From: Planctomycetota bacterium
Lineage (GTDB): Bacteria; Planctomycetota; UBA8108; SXIK01
Assembly (NCBI GenBank): GCA_965223265.1
Contig: OZ244999.1
Coordinates: forward strand, 608,001 to 672,000
DNA length: 64,000 bases
Reading direction: 5' to 3'
A program made the position numbers and the translations under genes. This document shows positions 55,601-64,000 of the stretch, one piece after another; within the stretch, counting starts at the first letter, position 1; each line of letters begins with the position of its first letter. The notes beneath the pieces were generated by a model, which did no database searches, was not told where the DNA came from, and saw nothing but the letters and a program-made list of their open reading frames with translations.

Positions 55601-57137
55601 CTGTGGCGACGACCCTGTAGCGGACGAGCGTGCGATTTGGAAGTGGCGGCAGGACGATCGCATAGCGGTGTAGCTCGAGGTCGAGGCTCATCTCCACCTC
55701 CGTCCACTCTGCCTCGTAACGCGGGTCCGTGCGACGAATGTAGTCTCCCGGAGCAACCGTTTGATAGTGGAGTCGGACATTGCCAACGCGGTCCGGGTCC
55801 GTCACTCGAGCGCTGACGCGCACTGCGTCCGTAGATGCGATGGCTCGGATCTCCATGGCGCTTAGCTCATCGCTTCCCTCGCGGCTTTCGATGCCGTCCG
55901 CACGCGCTTTCGCGAGCGTGATTCCAGGTGCACTGTTGCCGGTCAATTCGAACACTTCCGTTGCGGTGTTCTTTCGCCCCGGCGAGCCACGAAAGTCCGT
56001 ACTCTCTTCCCAGCTTCTGGCGCGATCGTTGTTGGCGAACGCATCGGCCAGCTCCAGTGAACCGCGCGAACCGTCAGGGTTGATCGGCCACGGATCGCGG
56101 TCGTTGAAGTCTACATAGTCGACAGGACGCTGCTGGGCATCGACGAGGAGCAAGACTTCGCCGCCGTCACTGAGACGACCGGAGAACGGGCCCACACCCT
56201 TTGTGGTGTCGGTGATCGAACCATACTTTGACTCGAAGCCGTCGCGGTCGCTGAAAACCACGACAAAGTCGCCGGCTGGTAGCAGCGTTCCCGCGGGAAA
56301 CTCAAAGTCGATACCGCGCTCGAAGCGCCAACCCGAAATGTCGATTGCCGCGTCGCTGCGGTTGTGGAGTTCGACAAAGTCTTCACTCGCGCAGTGGAGA
56401 AGATCGTCAGCATCAGGGTCGGTGACTGGGTTGTATTGGATCTCGTTGATCACGACATGCGCGCGGCTGGGAAGGTTTCCGGCCTGTGAGTTGTCGCGCC
56501 CCGGCGTACCTGACGTTTCCATGTTGTTACTCGCTGCGAAATTGACGAAATCGCTCGCGAACTTGGCGCTGGCGTCGATCCGCTCCAAGCTGCTGCCGTT
56601 GCCGTCAGCGGCCGTCGGCCATGGCGAGTCGTCGTCATACTCGACCCAATCGATCAAGTGCCCGGCGGCGTCGTAGACGCGTACCGCATCGCCGCCGTTG
56701 GCCAGCGCGAAATCAAACGGGCCGAAGATCGTCAGCTCAGCCCCATAGGTTGCCGCGATCGCCGCCGGGTTGCGGGCTACAACGATCGCTTGGCCGGGCT
56801 GGATTTGGCTGCCGGCAGGGAATTCGTAGCGATGCGTGTCGTCGTCATCCTTCAGGATCCAGCCCTCCAGGTCGACAGCTTCGGAGCTTGAGCTGTTGAG
56901 GAGCTCGACGAATTCGAAATCAGCGTCGGCTCCGAGAGTGGGGGGAGGATTGTACTGAATCTCGTTGATGGCGATATCGCTGGGTGCTGCGACGAGAGCG
57001 ACAGGCATCGCGAACACGAGTGCAATGCGAACGAGCGAACGCACGCGTGGAATGACGCCATTCTCTGGTCGCGGTGTTCCGAGCCCGGCCTGGCTGATCG
57101 TCGAGTTCGCGTCAGACCGCTTGTTGATAGCGATCAC
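52641..57137 (-). CDS. Secreted lamin-tail-domain / CotH kinase / FN3 protein with C-terminal dockerin-like domain
   Basis: Two INEIQYNP...FVEL.N lamin-tail domains; CotH motifs FRLRGN, WKIKFNKG, HNFYYY..WELVPWDLD; tail FRRGDVDANSVVEISD...DPTADTISC. Start uncertain. Confidence 0.88.
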   Translation of the reverse strand: MIAINKRSDANSTISQAGLGTPRPENGVIPRVRSLVRIALVFAMPVALVAAPSDIAINEIQYNPPPTLGADADFEFVELLNSSSSEAVDLEGWILKDDDDTHRYEFPAGSQIQPGQAIVVARNPAAIAATYGAELTIFGPFDFALANGGDAVRVYDAAGHLIDWVEYDDDSPWPTAADGNGSSLERIDASAKFASDFVNFAASNNMETSGTPGRDNSQAGNLPSRAHVVINEIQYNPVTDPDADDLLHCASEDFVELHNRSDAAIDISGWRFERGIDFEFPAGTLLPAGDFVVVFSDRDGFESKYGSITDTTKGVGPFSGRLSDGGEVLLLVDAQQRPVDYVDFNDRDPWPINPDGSRGSLELADAFANNDRARSWEESTDFRGSPGRKNTATEVFELTGNSAPGITLAKARADGIESREGSDELSAMEIRAIASTDAVRVSARVTDPDRVGNVRLHYQTVAPGDYIRRTDPRYEAEWTEVEMSLDLELHRYAIVLPPLPNRTLVRYRVVATDTFGAESVAPRLGDPEPNYAFFVYDGVPDYVADIDSRLGDPGVVHADPTDLPVYHLIARAEDTEEAHYDATRDSNDNTYYWVGSFVFENRVYDHVPFRLRGNQRFLRKKRYWKIKFNKGNRFRGRYNDGTPYENPRRRLNLNSNEHVTNTDATGGVGLIETMGFRLFREAGVPSPRTTQVYLRMIDSAAEHTQYDGDFFGVYLDIQQIDNVMFEDQGRPSIDAGIYKMGGPVKRSPDCSPELDDYNAFVNGYSAIDTREWYEENVNLESYLSFRAVVQLVQHADLGGHNFYYYQNPETKQWELVPWDLDSTMIADRQLNISDPISRQVLPKFEREYHNRYRYLWQTLYNLDRLSGILEDERARLRKAANADRDRWDKETRLTCPLTTPREECLDRYNDFDNVVDLLADWFRRQSSLQSTVFLDLRGPAPARNLSPDANVDVTLPVELRSRPLLSPDGSTHVRSHWVVVKEGGDWVFPIWEIEIDSPLDRVTLPDEILSVGESYEFRVRHLDSAGRWSLLSEPTAFHVRTAVGPAPAAPRDFTVRSRSTRGHELVWSPPDAADAEVLGFHISRDGERIATLSRASDAFQRSLFVDEHALPEVAHTYGISTLTRGGESAEETAASEALPTPNYGGWLPPNEGFHYLYEASGNEADYVVTPLVLGALDGEWVRSSRSDRWDGSIPGEGAPGGVRIEQVSSTDGAGAAVSTLNIEDAGDPDLPLPDNGTIYLLRHLELDGLTNENRLLDEGATLVARWRVNPNPTDLEAPSGQQIVGGRGQITLVHDGGRTARRIFSLSLNGSELLFPGGTVPIADPQQFQSVWATIVAAEDGHRVRLYLNGAAEPTFDDVVTLPPRETETRYANYLAIGLGDSPNPGSVQIDFVGYRQGVHAPISDREPSTFRRGDVDANSVVEISDAITLLNYLFRGEREPQCIDAADANDSGSINVTDAITILLNLFRGTSLPEPRANCDEDPTADTISCLQSTCSL

Positions 57138-57255
57138 GTTTCAGACCCCCGTCTCTTTTTCTGCGGCGAGCTCCCGACTCACATTCGCAAAACGTGGCGT
57201 GTGATTCGGCGAGCCGAAGGCGTTTCTTACGGTCATTTGCTTGCAAGCGGTGAGC

Positions 57256-57385
57256 CCCGTCCGGTCGTCAGAAGAACCCGTCCGGTCGTCAGAAGAACCC
57301 GTCCGGTCGTCAGAAGAACCCGTCCGGTCGTCAGAAGAACCCGTCCGGTCGTCAGAAGAACCCGTCCGGTCGTCAGAAGAACCCG
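57256..57385. repeat. Perfect 21-bp tandem repeat CCCGTCCGGTCGTCAGAAGAA x6 (+4 bp)
   Basis: Units at 57256, 57277, 57298, 57319, 57340 and 57361; intergenic between divergent genes. Confidence 0.97.
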
Positions 57386-57630
57386 ACCTATCCATTCTCC
57401 CGGTGCGGGAGAGCGTGTCAACTAACGCGTGAACGCGCCCCAAAGTTCCCGCGAACTGATTGACCGGTGCGGCCCTGGGTTGGGCGGAGAATCGGCCTTG
57501 AGAGTTCAGCTACTCCTACTCGACGGAGCACGACCCTGGCGACACGGGGTGGCTCTGTATTGACTGAGACCGGCTTCTCGAGGTTGCATGACTCCATTCG
57601 ACGACGATTTAAGACGCGAGGAGATGAGTT

Positions 57631-60099
57631 ATGAGATTCCGGTTGCCGCGACGAAGTCCGTTGACCATCGCCCTGACGATGATGGGCGTGCCTTTCACCT
57701 GCGCGCTGAGCGCCGAATTGCCGCCACTGCCGCGGGTCGACGCCCCAGTCAAGCTTGAGGTTCCTTCGGAGGTGGGGATGCCGCGACTGCTTCGCCTCGC
57801 GATTCACTATCCCGGGGGGCGACTGGATCGTGTTGGGCCTCGAAGCGGCTTGATGCTGAGTCTCCACAATTGGGGGGGACAGGGGTGCGCCGGCAGCGCA
57901 GATCCTGAGAAGCTCGCACAGCGTTACGACGTGGTTGCCATCTGCGTCGACTATTTTCAGAGTGGACCTTGGGTCCCTGAACGAGCGGCGAAGCCCTACG
58001 ACCATGGATTCGTGCAGGCCCTCGATGCCCTGCGAGCGCTCTCGTATGTCTATCATCAACTCGACCTGGAGCGTCGAGCCTTTGATCGCGAGCGGATCTA
58101 CGCGGTGGGAGGATCGGGAGGAGGCAACGTCGCGCTCATGGCCAACAAGCTTGCGCCGCGCACCTTTGCCGCTGTCGTGTCGCTGTCTGGCATGGCGAAG
58201 CTGAGCGATGACGTAGCCTTCGGCGCGCCGTACGGCAGTCGTTTGAATGCTGGTTACAGCGCCATTCCCAGCAGTGCGCGCTATCTGACGGTTGACGCGC
58301 AGGAACTTAGGTTCATCGGACACCCCGCGCATCTCCACGTCATGCAGCGCCTTGGCAACCGCGCCAAGGTGGTTCTCATTCATGGCGCCGCTGACGACGT
58401 TTGTCCCACGCACGAGGTACGTGAGCTAGTGGGCGAGTTCAAGACTTCCGGAATTGATGTCAGCGCGCGTTTCGTGAGCACCGATGACGTCGACGGAACG
58501 CTGTTCAAGAACCCTGAACACGGGATTGGCGATCGTACACAGATTCTATTTCATGTTGCTGATGAATGGTTGCTGCCGCGCCAAGAGTTCGACGCGAAGG
58601 CCGACGATCGAGCTCAACGCGGCGCTCGAATTCGACCGAACGATTTCGATTTGCCGGACGCACCGGTCGTCTACCCGACGACGCAAGGTCGGTACGTGAT
58701 CTCGTTCAAGAGTCGATTCCCTACGGCCAGGTTCGAATTCAGCCGGCCACGACCTGCCGGGGCGACGCGGTTGCCGCCGCCTCAGGCAGACGTCGAGGCG
58801 GCATCATTCCGCGTCTCTGCTTTCAAGGCCGATGTAACACCGCCACTGGGGCATGCACTCCATGCTGGTGCGATCACTGCTGCGCGTGAGATCGTTGACC
58901 GACTCGAAGCGCGAGGCCTGGTTCTTCTAGGGGCCGGGGAGCCCATCGTGATCGTCGCGATCGATTGGCTTGAGATCCGAAACGACGCTCACGAGCGCTG
59001 GCGTCAAGCCGTGGCAGACGCCGCGTCGACGACGCGCGCGCGAGTCCTCGTCAGCAGCGTCCATCAGCACGACGCTCCGTTGGCGGATCTCACCGCGCAG
59101 CGGCTTCTCGACGAGCATGCACCCGGCGTACAGATCATCGATCTCGAATTTCATGAACGCGCGGTTGAACGTGTCGCCAACGCGGTGCGCGACAGCTTGT
59201 CTCATGCTTTACCGGTGACTCACTTCGGCGTTGGTCGTGCCCGCGTCGAGCAGATCGCATCGAATCGCCGTGTCGTCGACGCGGATGATCGCGTGACGTT
59301 TTCGCGTGGCAGCTCCAGCGGCGGCGACGCCTCGCTGCGGGATGCCCCGGAAGGTGAAGTCGACCCTTGGCTGAGGACGCTGAGCTTTTGGAACGGCAGC
59401 GCACCTGTCGCAGCGCTTCACGTCTTCGCATCGCATCCCATGTCCTACTACGGGCGCGGCGGCGTCAGTTACGACTTCGTTGGCATGGCGCGCGCCCGTC
59501 GTCAAGCGGATCAACCGCGCGTCCACCAGGTCTACTTCTCTGGCTGCGCCGGTGATGTTACCGCCGGGAAGTACAACGACGGGTCGCCCGCCAACCGTGC
59601 CATCCTGGCACGACGTCTCTACGCAGCGATGTGTCGCGCATGGAATAGAACGGAGCTCAGCCCACTGGAGCAGATCGCGTGGAGATCGATTCCCCTGAGG
59701 TTGGAACCACGCCGCGGCCCAGGTTTCTCGCTGGCCGAGATGGAGGCTCGATTGCGCGACGACACCGCGCGGCCGTTCGATCGCGCGCTCGCTGCGATGG
59801 GATTGAGCTGGAGAAAGCGTGTCGACACCGGCGTGCCGTTGGATGTCCCTGTTGTCGATTTCGGCCGCGCTCGCATCGTGCTCATGCCGGCGGAGACGTT
59901 CGTCGGTTATCAGTTGCGCGCTCAGAGGCTGCGGCCGGAACTGTTTCTATTCATGATCGGCTATGGCGAGTGCGCCCCTGGGTACATCCCCACGGCCGCT
60001 CGGACGCGCGAGCGATTTAATGAGACGCACTCGTGGCTATGGGTAGCGCCGGAGTCCGAAGCGGCGATGCTGGGTGCGATTGAGGCGGCCGTGCAGTGA
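57631..60099 (+). CDS. DUF2920-like alpha/beta hydrolase fused to a ceramidase-like domain
   Basis: SLHNWGG, DVVAICVDY, GGSGGG nucleophile elbow, IHGAADD; C-terminal ADVTPPLG, SVHQHDAP, ASHPMSYYG, GCAGDVTAGKYNDG. Confidence 0.75.
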   Translation: MRFRLPRRSPLTIALTMMGVPFTCALSAELPPLPRVDAPVKLEVPSEVGMPRLLRLAIHYPGGRLDRVGPRSGLMLSLHNWGGQGCAGSADPEKLAQRYDVVAICVDYFQSGPWVPERAAKPYDHGFVQALDALRALSYVYHQLDLERRAFDRERIYAVGGSGGGNVALMANKLAPRTFAAVVSLSGMAKLSDDVAFGAPYGSRLNAGYSAIPSSARYLTVDAQELRFIGHPAHLHVMQRLGNRAKVVLIHGAADDVCPTHEVRELVGEFKTSGIDVSARFVSTDDVDGTLFKNPEHGIGDRTQILFHVADEWLLPRQEFDAKADDRAQRGARIRPNDFDLPDAPVVYPTTQGRYVISFKSRFPTARFEFSRPRPAGATRLPPPQADVEAASFRVSAFKADVTPPLGHALHAGAITAAREIVDRLEARGLVLLGAGEPIVIVAIDWLEIRNDAHERWRQAVADAASTTRARVLVSSVHQHDAPLADLTAQRLLDEHAPGVQIIDLEFHERAVERVANAVRDSLSHALPVTHFGVGRARVEQIASNRRVVDADDRVTFSRGSSSGGDASLRDAPEGEVDPWLRTLSFWNGSAPVAALHVFASHPMSYYGRGGVSYDFVGMARARRQADQPRVHQVYFSGCAGDVTAGKYNDGSPANRAILARRLYAAMCRAWNRTELSPLEQIAWRSIPLRLEPRRGPGFSLAEMEARLRDDTARPFDRALAAMGLSWRKRVDTGVPLDVPVVDFGRARIVLMPAETFVGYQLRAQRLRPELFLFMIGYGECAPGYIPTAARTRERFNETHSWLWVAPESEAAMLGAIEAAVQ

Positions 60100-60305
60100 A
60101 CTGACCCCGAACGTGGTTTGTTAGTGCGGACGGCGCAGCGGGTGGCGGGATCGACAATCGTTGCGACCGCGATGTAGAATCGCTCGCGAGTCGATCCTTT
60201 CGCTCGGCGCTCTGGCGAGAGCTCAACGGTCCGAAACGCCAGTTTCAGAGTCTTCATGCAGGCGCTTTGGGGAAGACTTTTGGGGAAGACAGCACTGAGG
60301 CAAAC

Positions 60306-62705
60306 ATGATGAGACAAAGAGGTATCGTTTGCGGTGTTGTCGGAGTGAGGCTCGGGTTGATTGTTCCGTTTTGCGCCGTGCTCGGTCTCACCGGAGCAGT
60401 TCAAGCTCAGCCCGTTTTGAACTACTCCGTGCCGACGGCCGCGCCGCGTGGGCAAACGATCGAGGTGCGCCTTCACGGTGAGAAGCTGAACGACGTGAAG
60501 GCGCTTTGGTGCAGCTTTGGTGGGCACCTTGAGCGCCTCGTTCCTGATGATCAAGCGGTGCAGACGGCCACCGGGGGCGATGAGAAAGCTGCGGTCGACA
60601 CCACCGTACTCTCATGTCGGCTGAATGTGCCTCTGCACGCTCCGCCTGGACGTGGCGCCATCCGCGTGGCGACGCGCGAAGGCGTCTCGAATCCTCTCCT
60701 CTTTTTCATCGACGATCTCCCGACGGTTACGGCTACGGCTGAGTCGACGCAGCTGGATCGTGCGATGCCCATCAAACCACCGCTGGCTGTTGACGGCAGC
60801 GCGGTGTCGCGGAACTATACGTACTTCGCTCTCGACATCGAGGCCAAGCAGAAGCTGTCGTTCGAAGTGATTGCGAGCCGTCTCGCTTCGCAGCTCGATC
60901 CAGTCGTGCGCCTTCTCGACGCGGATGGTCGCGAGCTCGCGTTCGCCGACGATGATCAAAGTATTGGCGTCGATCCGCGGCTCGTGTACACGTTCGAGCA
61001 GCCGGGGCGATACTTTCTCTCGCTTCACGACGTCCGCTATCGCGGTGGAGATGGTTTTCGCTACCGCTTGCGAGTCGGGGACTTCCCCCTGGTCAGCAGC
61101 ACGTTCCCACTCGGGGCGCGGTTGGGCACGGTGGCGGAGGTGTCGTTCGTCGGTCCAGATGTAGCCGATGTGGAGCCGCTGCAGCTCGCGCTGCCTCGCG
61201 AGCTTTCGACCTCGTCGCCGTTGACGCTTGGCGTCAAGCGCCGTACCGGAGTCTACTCGGGATTCGTCACGCTCGCGGCGACCACGCTCCCCGAGCTCTT
61301 GGAAGTGGAGCCGAACGAGAAGGTCGAAGAGTCACAGCGCTTCTCGATCCCATGCGTCATCAACGGCCGTTTCCAGAGCGCTCGAGACATGGATCACTAT
61401 CGTTTCGCCGGCAAGAAAGGGGAGCAGATCTTGTTCACCGGTCTGACTCGGTCTCTCGGTTCGCCGACGGATCTCTTGCTGCGATGCTTGCGCGCCGATG
61501 GCTCGCAGCTCGGACGCGTCGACGACAGCGGTGACGACGAGGGACGACTGCAGATCACGCTTCCTGACGACGGCGAGTATGTGCTTGCCGTCGAGGACCT
61601 GCACTATCGCGGCGGACCAGAATTCGGTTATCGCATCGAGGCACGCAGGGCTGCCGTCGAGTTCGCGCTTCGCTACAAGGTAGAGCGACTGAACGTGCCA
61701 CGCGGCGGCGTCGCTGCTCTCGACGTCGAATGCGAGCGGCGCGGATATGGAGGGCCGATTCGTCTGGAACCCGACGGACTTCCTGGAGCGAGAGTGATCG
61801 ACGGCGGCACGTTGGCTGCCGGCGCGAACCAAACGCGACTACGCCTTCGCGTCCCTCATGGCATGGAGGAGGGACGGTTGTTGCGATTGCGTGTGCGCGG
61901 CTGGCCAGAGGGTGCGGGTTCCGCATCGGCCCAGCTTGCCAGCGCGAGTGCTGCGCTGCGGGCTCTGGATCCCCGCCGCGAGTACCCGCCATCGGGCTTG
62001 GAGGATCACGTCGCGATCGGCATCACGCCGCCTTTTGCCGATTTCTACGCGCTCAGCATTGAGCCCGATGTCGTCCTCTATCCTCGAGGCGGCGCGGGTG
62101 CAAAACTGAAGGTGACCCGGACGCGCCTCAACGAGGCGTGCGAAGAAGCAGTCGCGCTCACGGTCCACGGCCTGCCGCCTGGTTTGCGCGCCGTTGTCGC
62201 CGGGATCGAGAAGGAGGAGGAGAAGATTCGCCTGCAGATACCCAAGGGGAAAGACGAAGTCGACTTGCTCCTTGAAGGCAACGCAGCGAGCCTCACAGAG
62301 GCGGCCACACTTACGATCGACGCAGCGGCAACGTTTCAAGATCAGCCGCAGCGGTACGTCGTTAGCGGCATCGACTTTCGGCTCGTGCCACCGCTCCATG
62401 TGAGTCCGAAACCGGTTCCCTTTGTGCGCGGCGGTCGAACGGCGATAGCGATTCGAGTTGAGCGCTTCGGCGCTGAAGCGTCGGTTGTGAAGTTGAGCTG
62501 GATCGACCTACCAGCGGGGATGACTCCGGCCTCACCGCATGAGATCGCTGCTGACAAGAGTGAAGGCAGTTTCTCCCTTGACGTGGCTCTCAGCGTCGCC
62601 TCGGGAAAGTACAGCGGGGTGCGGATCATCGCCACGACGCGTGTCGGCGACCGAGACGTCGTCGTCAGAACAGAGCCGTTCGCGATCGAGGTCAAGTCAA
62701 AGTGA
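60306..62705 (+). CDS. Planctomycete PPC-domain-containing secreted protein
   Basis: GAGG RBS; P..APRGQTIEV, GVSNP, LASQLDPVVRLLDADGRELAFADD, EVEPN, D.DHYRF repeats. Confidence 0.8.
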   Translation: MMRQRGIVCGVVGVRLGLIVPFCAVLGLTGAVQAQPVLNYSVPTAAPRGQTIEVRLHGEKLNDVKALWCSFGGHLERLVPDDQAVQTATGGDEKAAVDTTVLSCRLNVPLHAPPGRGAIRVATREGVSNPLLFFIDDLPTVTATAESTQLDRAMPIKPPLAVDGSAVSRNYTYFALDIEAKQKLSFEVIASRLASQLDPVVRLLDADGRELAFADDDQSIGVDPRLVYTFEQPGRYFLSLHDVRYRGGDGFRYRLRVGDFPLVSSTFPLGARLGTVAEVSFVGPDVADVEPLQLALPRELSTSSPLTLGVKRRTGVYSGFVTLAATTLPELLEVEPNEKVEESQRFSIPCVINGRFQSARDMDHYRFAGKKGEQILFTGLTRSLGSPTDLLLRCLRADGSQLGRVDDSGDDEGRLQITLPDDGEYVLAVEDLHYRGGPEFGYRIEARRAAVEFALRYKVERLNVPRGGVAALDVECERRGYGGPIRLEPDGLPGARVIDGGTLAAGANQTRLRLRVPHGMEEGRLLRLRVRGWPEGAGSASAQLASASAALRALDPRREYPPSGLEDHVAIGITPPFADFYALSIEPDVVLYPRGGAGAKLKVTRTRLNEACEEAVALTVHGLPPGLRAVVAGIEKEEEKIRLQIPKGKDEVDLLLEGNAASLTEAATLTIDAAATFQDQPQRYVVSGIDFRLVPPLHVSPKPVPFVRGGRTAIAIRVERFGAEASVVKLSWIDLPAGMTPASPHEIAADKSEGSFSLDVALSVASGKYSGVRIIATTRVGDRDVVVRTEPFAIEVKSK

Positions 62706-62751
62706 ACGAAACGAACGCCGGCCGAACTGATGCGCGGCGAAGGAGAGGACG

Positions 62752-63903
62752 ATGAAAACGATACGAAGTACGACGATTACGCTGACCTTGCTCGCTGGGC
62801 TCTTGGTGTCGCCGCAGGTCATAGGTACTGAAGGCGAATGGAAGCGTCACGTGGTTCATTCGGGGTTTCATACCTCCACAGCAGTGGCTGCGGATTTCAC
62901 CGGTGACGGCAAAGTCGACGTCATCGCCAATAGCGGCAGCAAGACGCGCCTGTTGATCGCTCCGGACTGGCGGGAGCTTGTGATCGATAACCGACCTGGG
63001 CACGACTTCATCCATAGTGAGGTCTGGGACATTGACGGCGACGGCGATCCTGACTTCGTCGGTGCGCGTTACAGCCCAGGGCTCATCGTTTGGCTGGAGC
63101 GGCCGCAACGCCCCGAGATCGAACCATGGCCGTGTCATAAGATCGACGAACAGGTCAACGGTGTCCACGGTGTCATCAAGGGTGACATCGACGGTGACGG
63201 TCGTATCGACTTGCTCGCCAACAGTGGCCAACCAAAAGGGCCGTTCGCGAATTCGCTCGTCTGGTACAAAGCACCCAAGTTTCCCTCTGGTGCGAGCTCC
63301 TGGAAACGAACGGTATTCGCCAAGGGCGACGCGCCAGGCCTAAGCCACTATCTCGGCTATGGAGACATCAACGGCGACGGACGCCCTGACGCGGCGAGCG
63401 CGGCGAAAGGCGGCCCGTATGCTGACCCGGGAACCGGTGACTGGTTCGCCTGGTGGGAGGCGCCCGAGAATCCGCACCAGGTGTGGAAGAAGCATCGCGT
63501 CGGCGGCAAACAACCCGGTGCCACAAACATTCACCCAGTCGACGTCAACGGCGATGGACGTGTTGATCTTCTCGCGTCGAGAGGACACGGCCGTGGCGTG
63601 GTATGGTTTGAGGCTCCGGACTGGATTGAGCACGTGATCCACGCGTCGTTTCACGGCCCGCACTGCCTTGTCGTTGTCGACATGGACGGTGACGGCGACA
63701 TTGACGCCGCAAGTTGCGCCAAGGACGACAAAGTCGCGGCTTGGTTCGAGAATGACGGGCGGGGCAATTTCACCACCCATGTTGTCGGACGGGAACAAGC
63801 TGCTTACGACATTAGAGCTGTCGACATGGATGGCGACGACGACCTCGACCTCCTCATCGCGGGGCAGGCGAGCAAGAACGTCGTTTGGTACGAACACCCG
63901 TAG
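62752..63903 (+). CDS. FG-GAP/VCBS repeat beta-propeller protein, secreted
   Basis: Signal peptide; repeated D(I/V/M)(D/N)GDG..D and VWLE/VWFE/WYE motifs. Confidence 0.88.
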   Translation: MKTIRSTTITLTLLAGLLVSPQVIGTEGEWKRHVVHSGFHTSTAVAADFTGDGKVDVIANSGSKTRLLIAPDWRELVIDNRPGHDFIHSEVWDIDGDGDPDFVGARYSPGLIVWLERPQRPEIEPWPCHKIDEQVNGVHGVIKGDIDGDGRIDLLANSGQPKGPFANSLVWYKAPKFPSGASSWKRTVFAKGDAPGLSHYLGYGDINGDGRPDAASAAKGGPYADPGTGDWFAWWEAPENPHQVWKKHRVGGKQPGATNIHPVDVNGDGRVDLLASRGHGRGVVWFEAPDWIEHVIHASFHGPHCLVVVDMDGDGDIDAASCAKDDKVAAWFENDGRGNFTTHVVGREQAAYDIRAVDMDGDDDLDLLIAGQASKNVVWYEHP

Positions 63904-63923
63904 GACGTCACGGCGCCTTGGCG

Positions 63924-64000
63924 CTATCTCGTCTTCGCTTGCGAGTTCAAGCTCCAGTCGTACTTCAGGTAGCGCACGCGCACGCGGTTCTTTTCAAGGA
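63924..64000 (-). CDS. 3' end of a probable DUF547-family protein (partial)
   Basis: Manual translation LEKNRVRVRYLKYDWSLNSQAKTR-stop; Y(L)xYDWSLN is the typical DUF547 terminus. Confidence 0.6.
   Translation of the reverse strand, partial: LEKNRVRVRYLKYDWSLNSQAKTR

Noticed and set aside
57256-57385. CRISPR array or plasmid origin
   Set aside because: No spacers; no rep gene or AT-rich unwinding region; chromosomal context.

Overview
GC-rich bacterial chromosomal window with a Planctomycetota-like gene repertoire (PVC-type CxxCH protein, DUF1552/DUF1592 pair, PPC-domain protein, ECF43-type sigma factor with Ser/Thr kinase, sulfatase, CotH/lamin-tail protein, four secreted proteins with Cys-rich dockerin-like tags). 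The left 11.6 kb is a minus-strand Rhs polymorphic-toxin locus: three tandem ~45-bp promoter-like repeats, a membrane-anchored TPR-like gene, a ~2370-aa Rhs with a Sec-type signal peptide and an ADP-ribosyltransferase-like tip, a tightly coupled 108-aa putative immunity gene that aligns by eye to EF-Tu domain III, six short palindromic repeats, and a nonsense-interrupted orphan rhs core carrying a different toxin tip. Other notable items: a di-glycine-terminated ubiquitin-like gene paired with DUF4132, a kinase/hydrolase/degenerate-cyclase fusion convergent on an ECF43-like sigma factor, hexamer and 21-bp tandem arrays upstream of the dockerin genes, tRNA-Glu(CTC), ppiC and a TAXI-TRAP transporter. 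All family calls come from manual motif recognition; no database searches were run.
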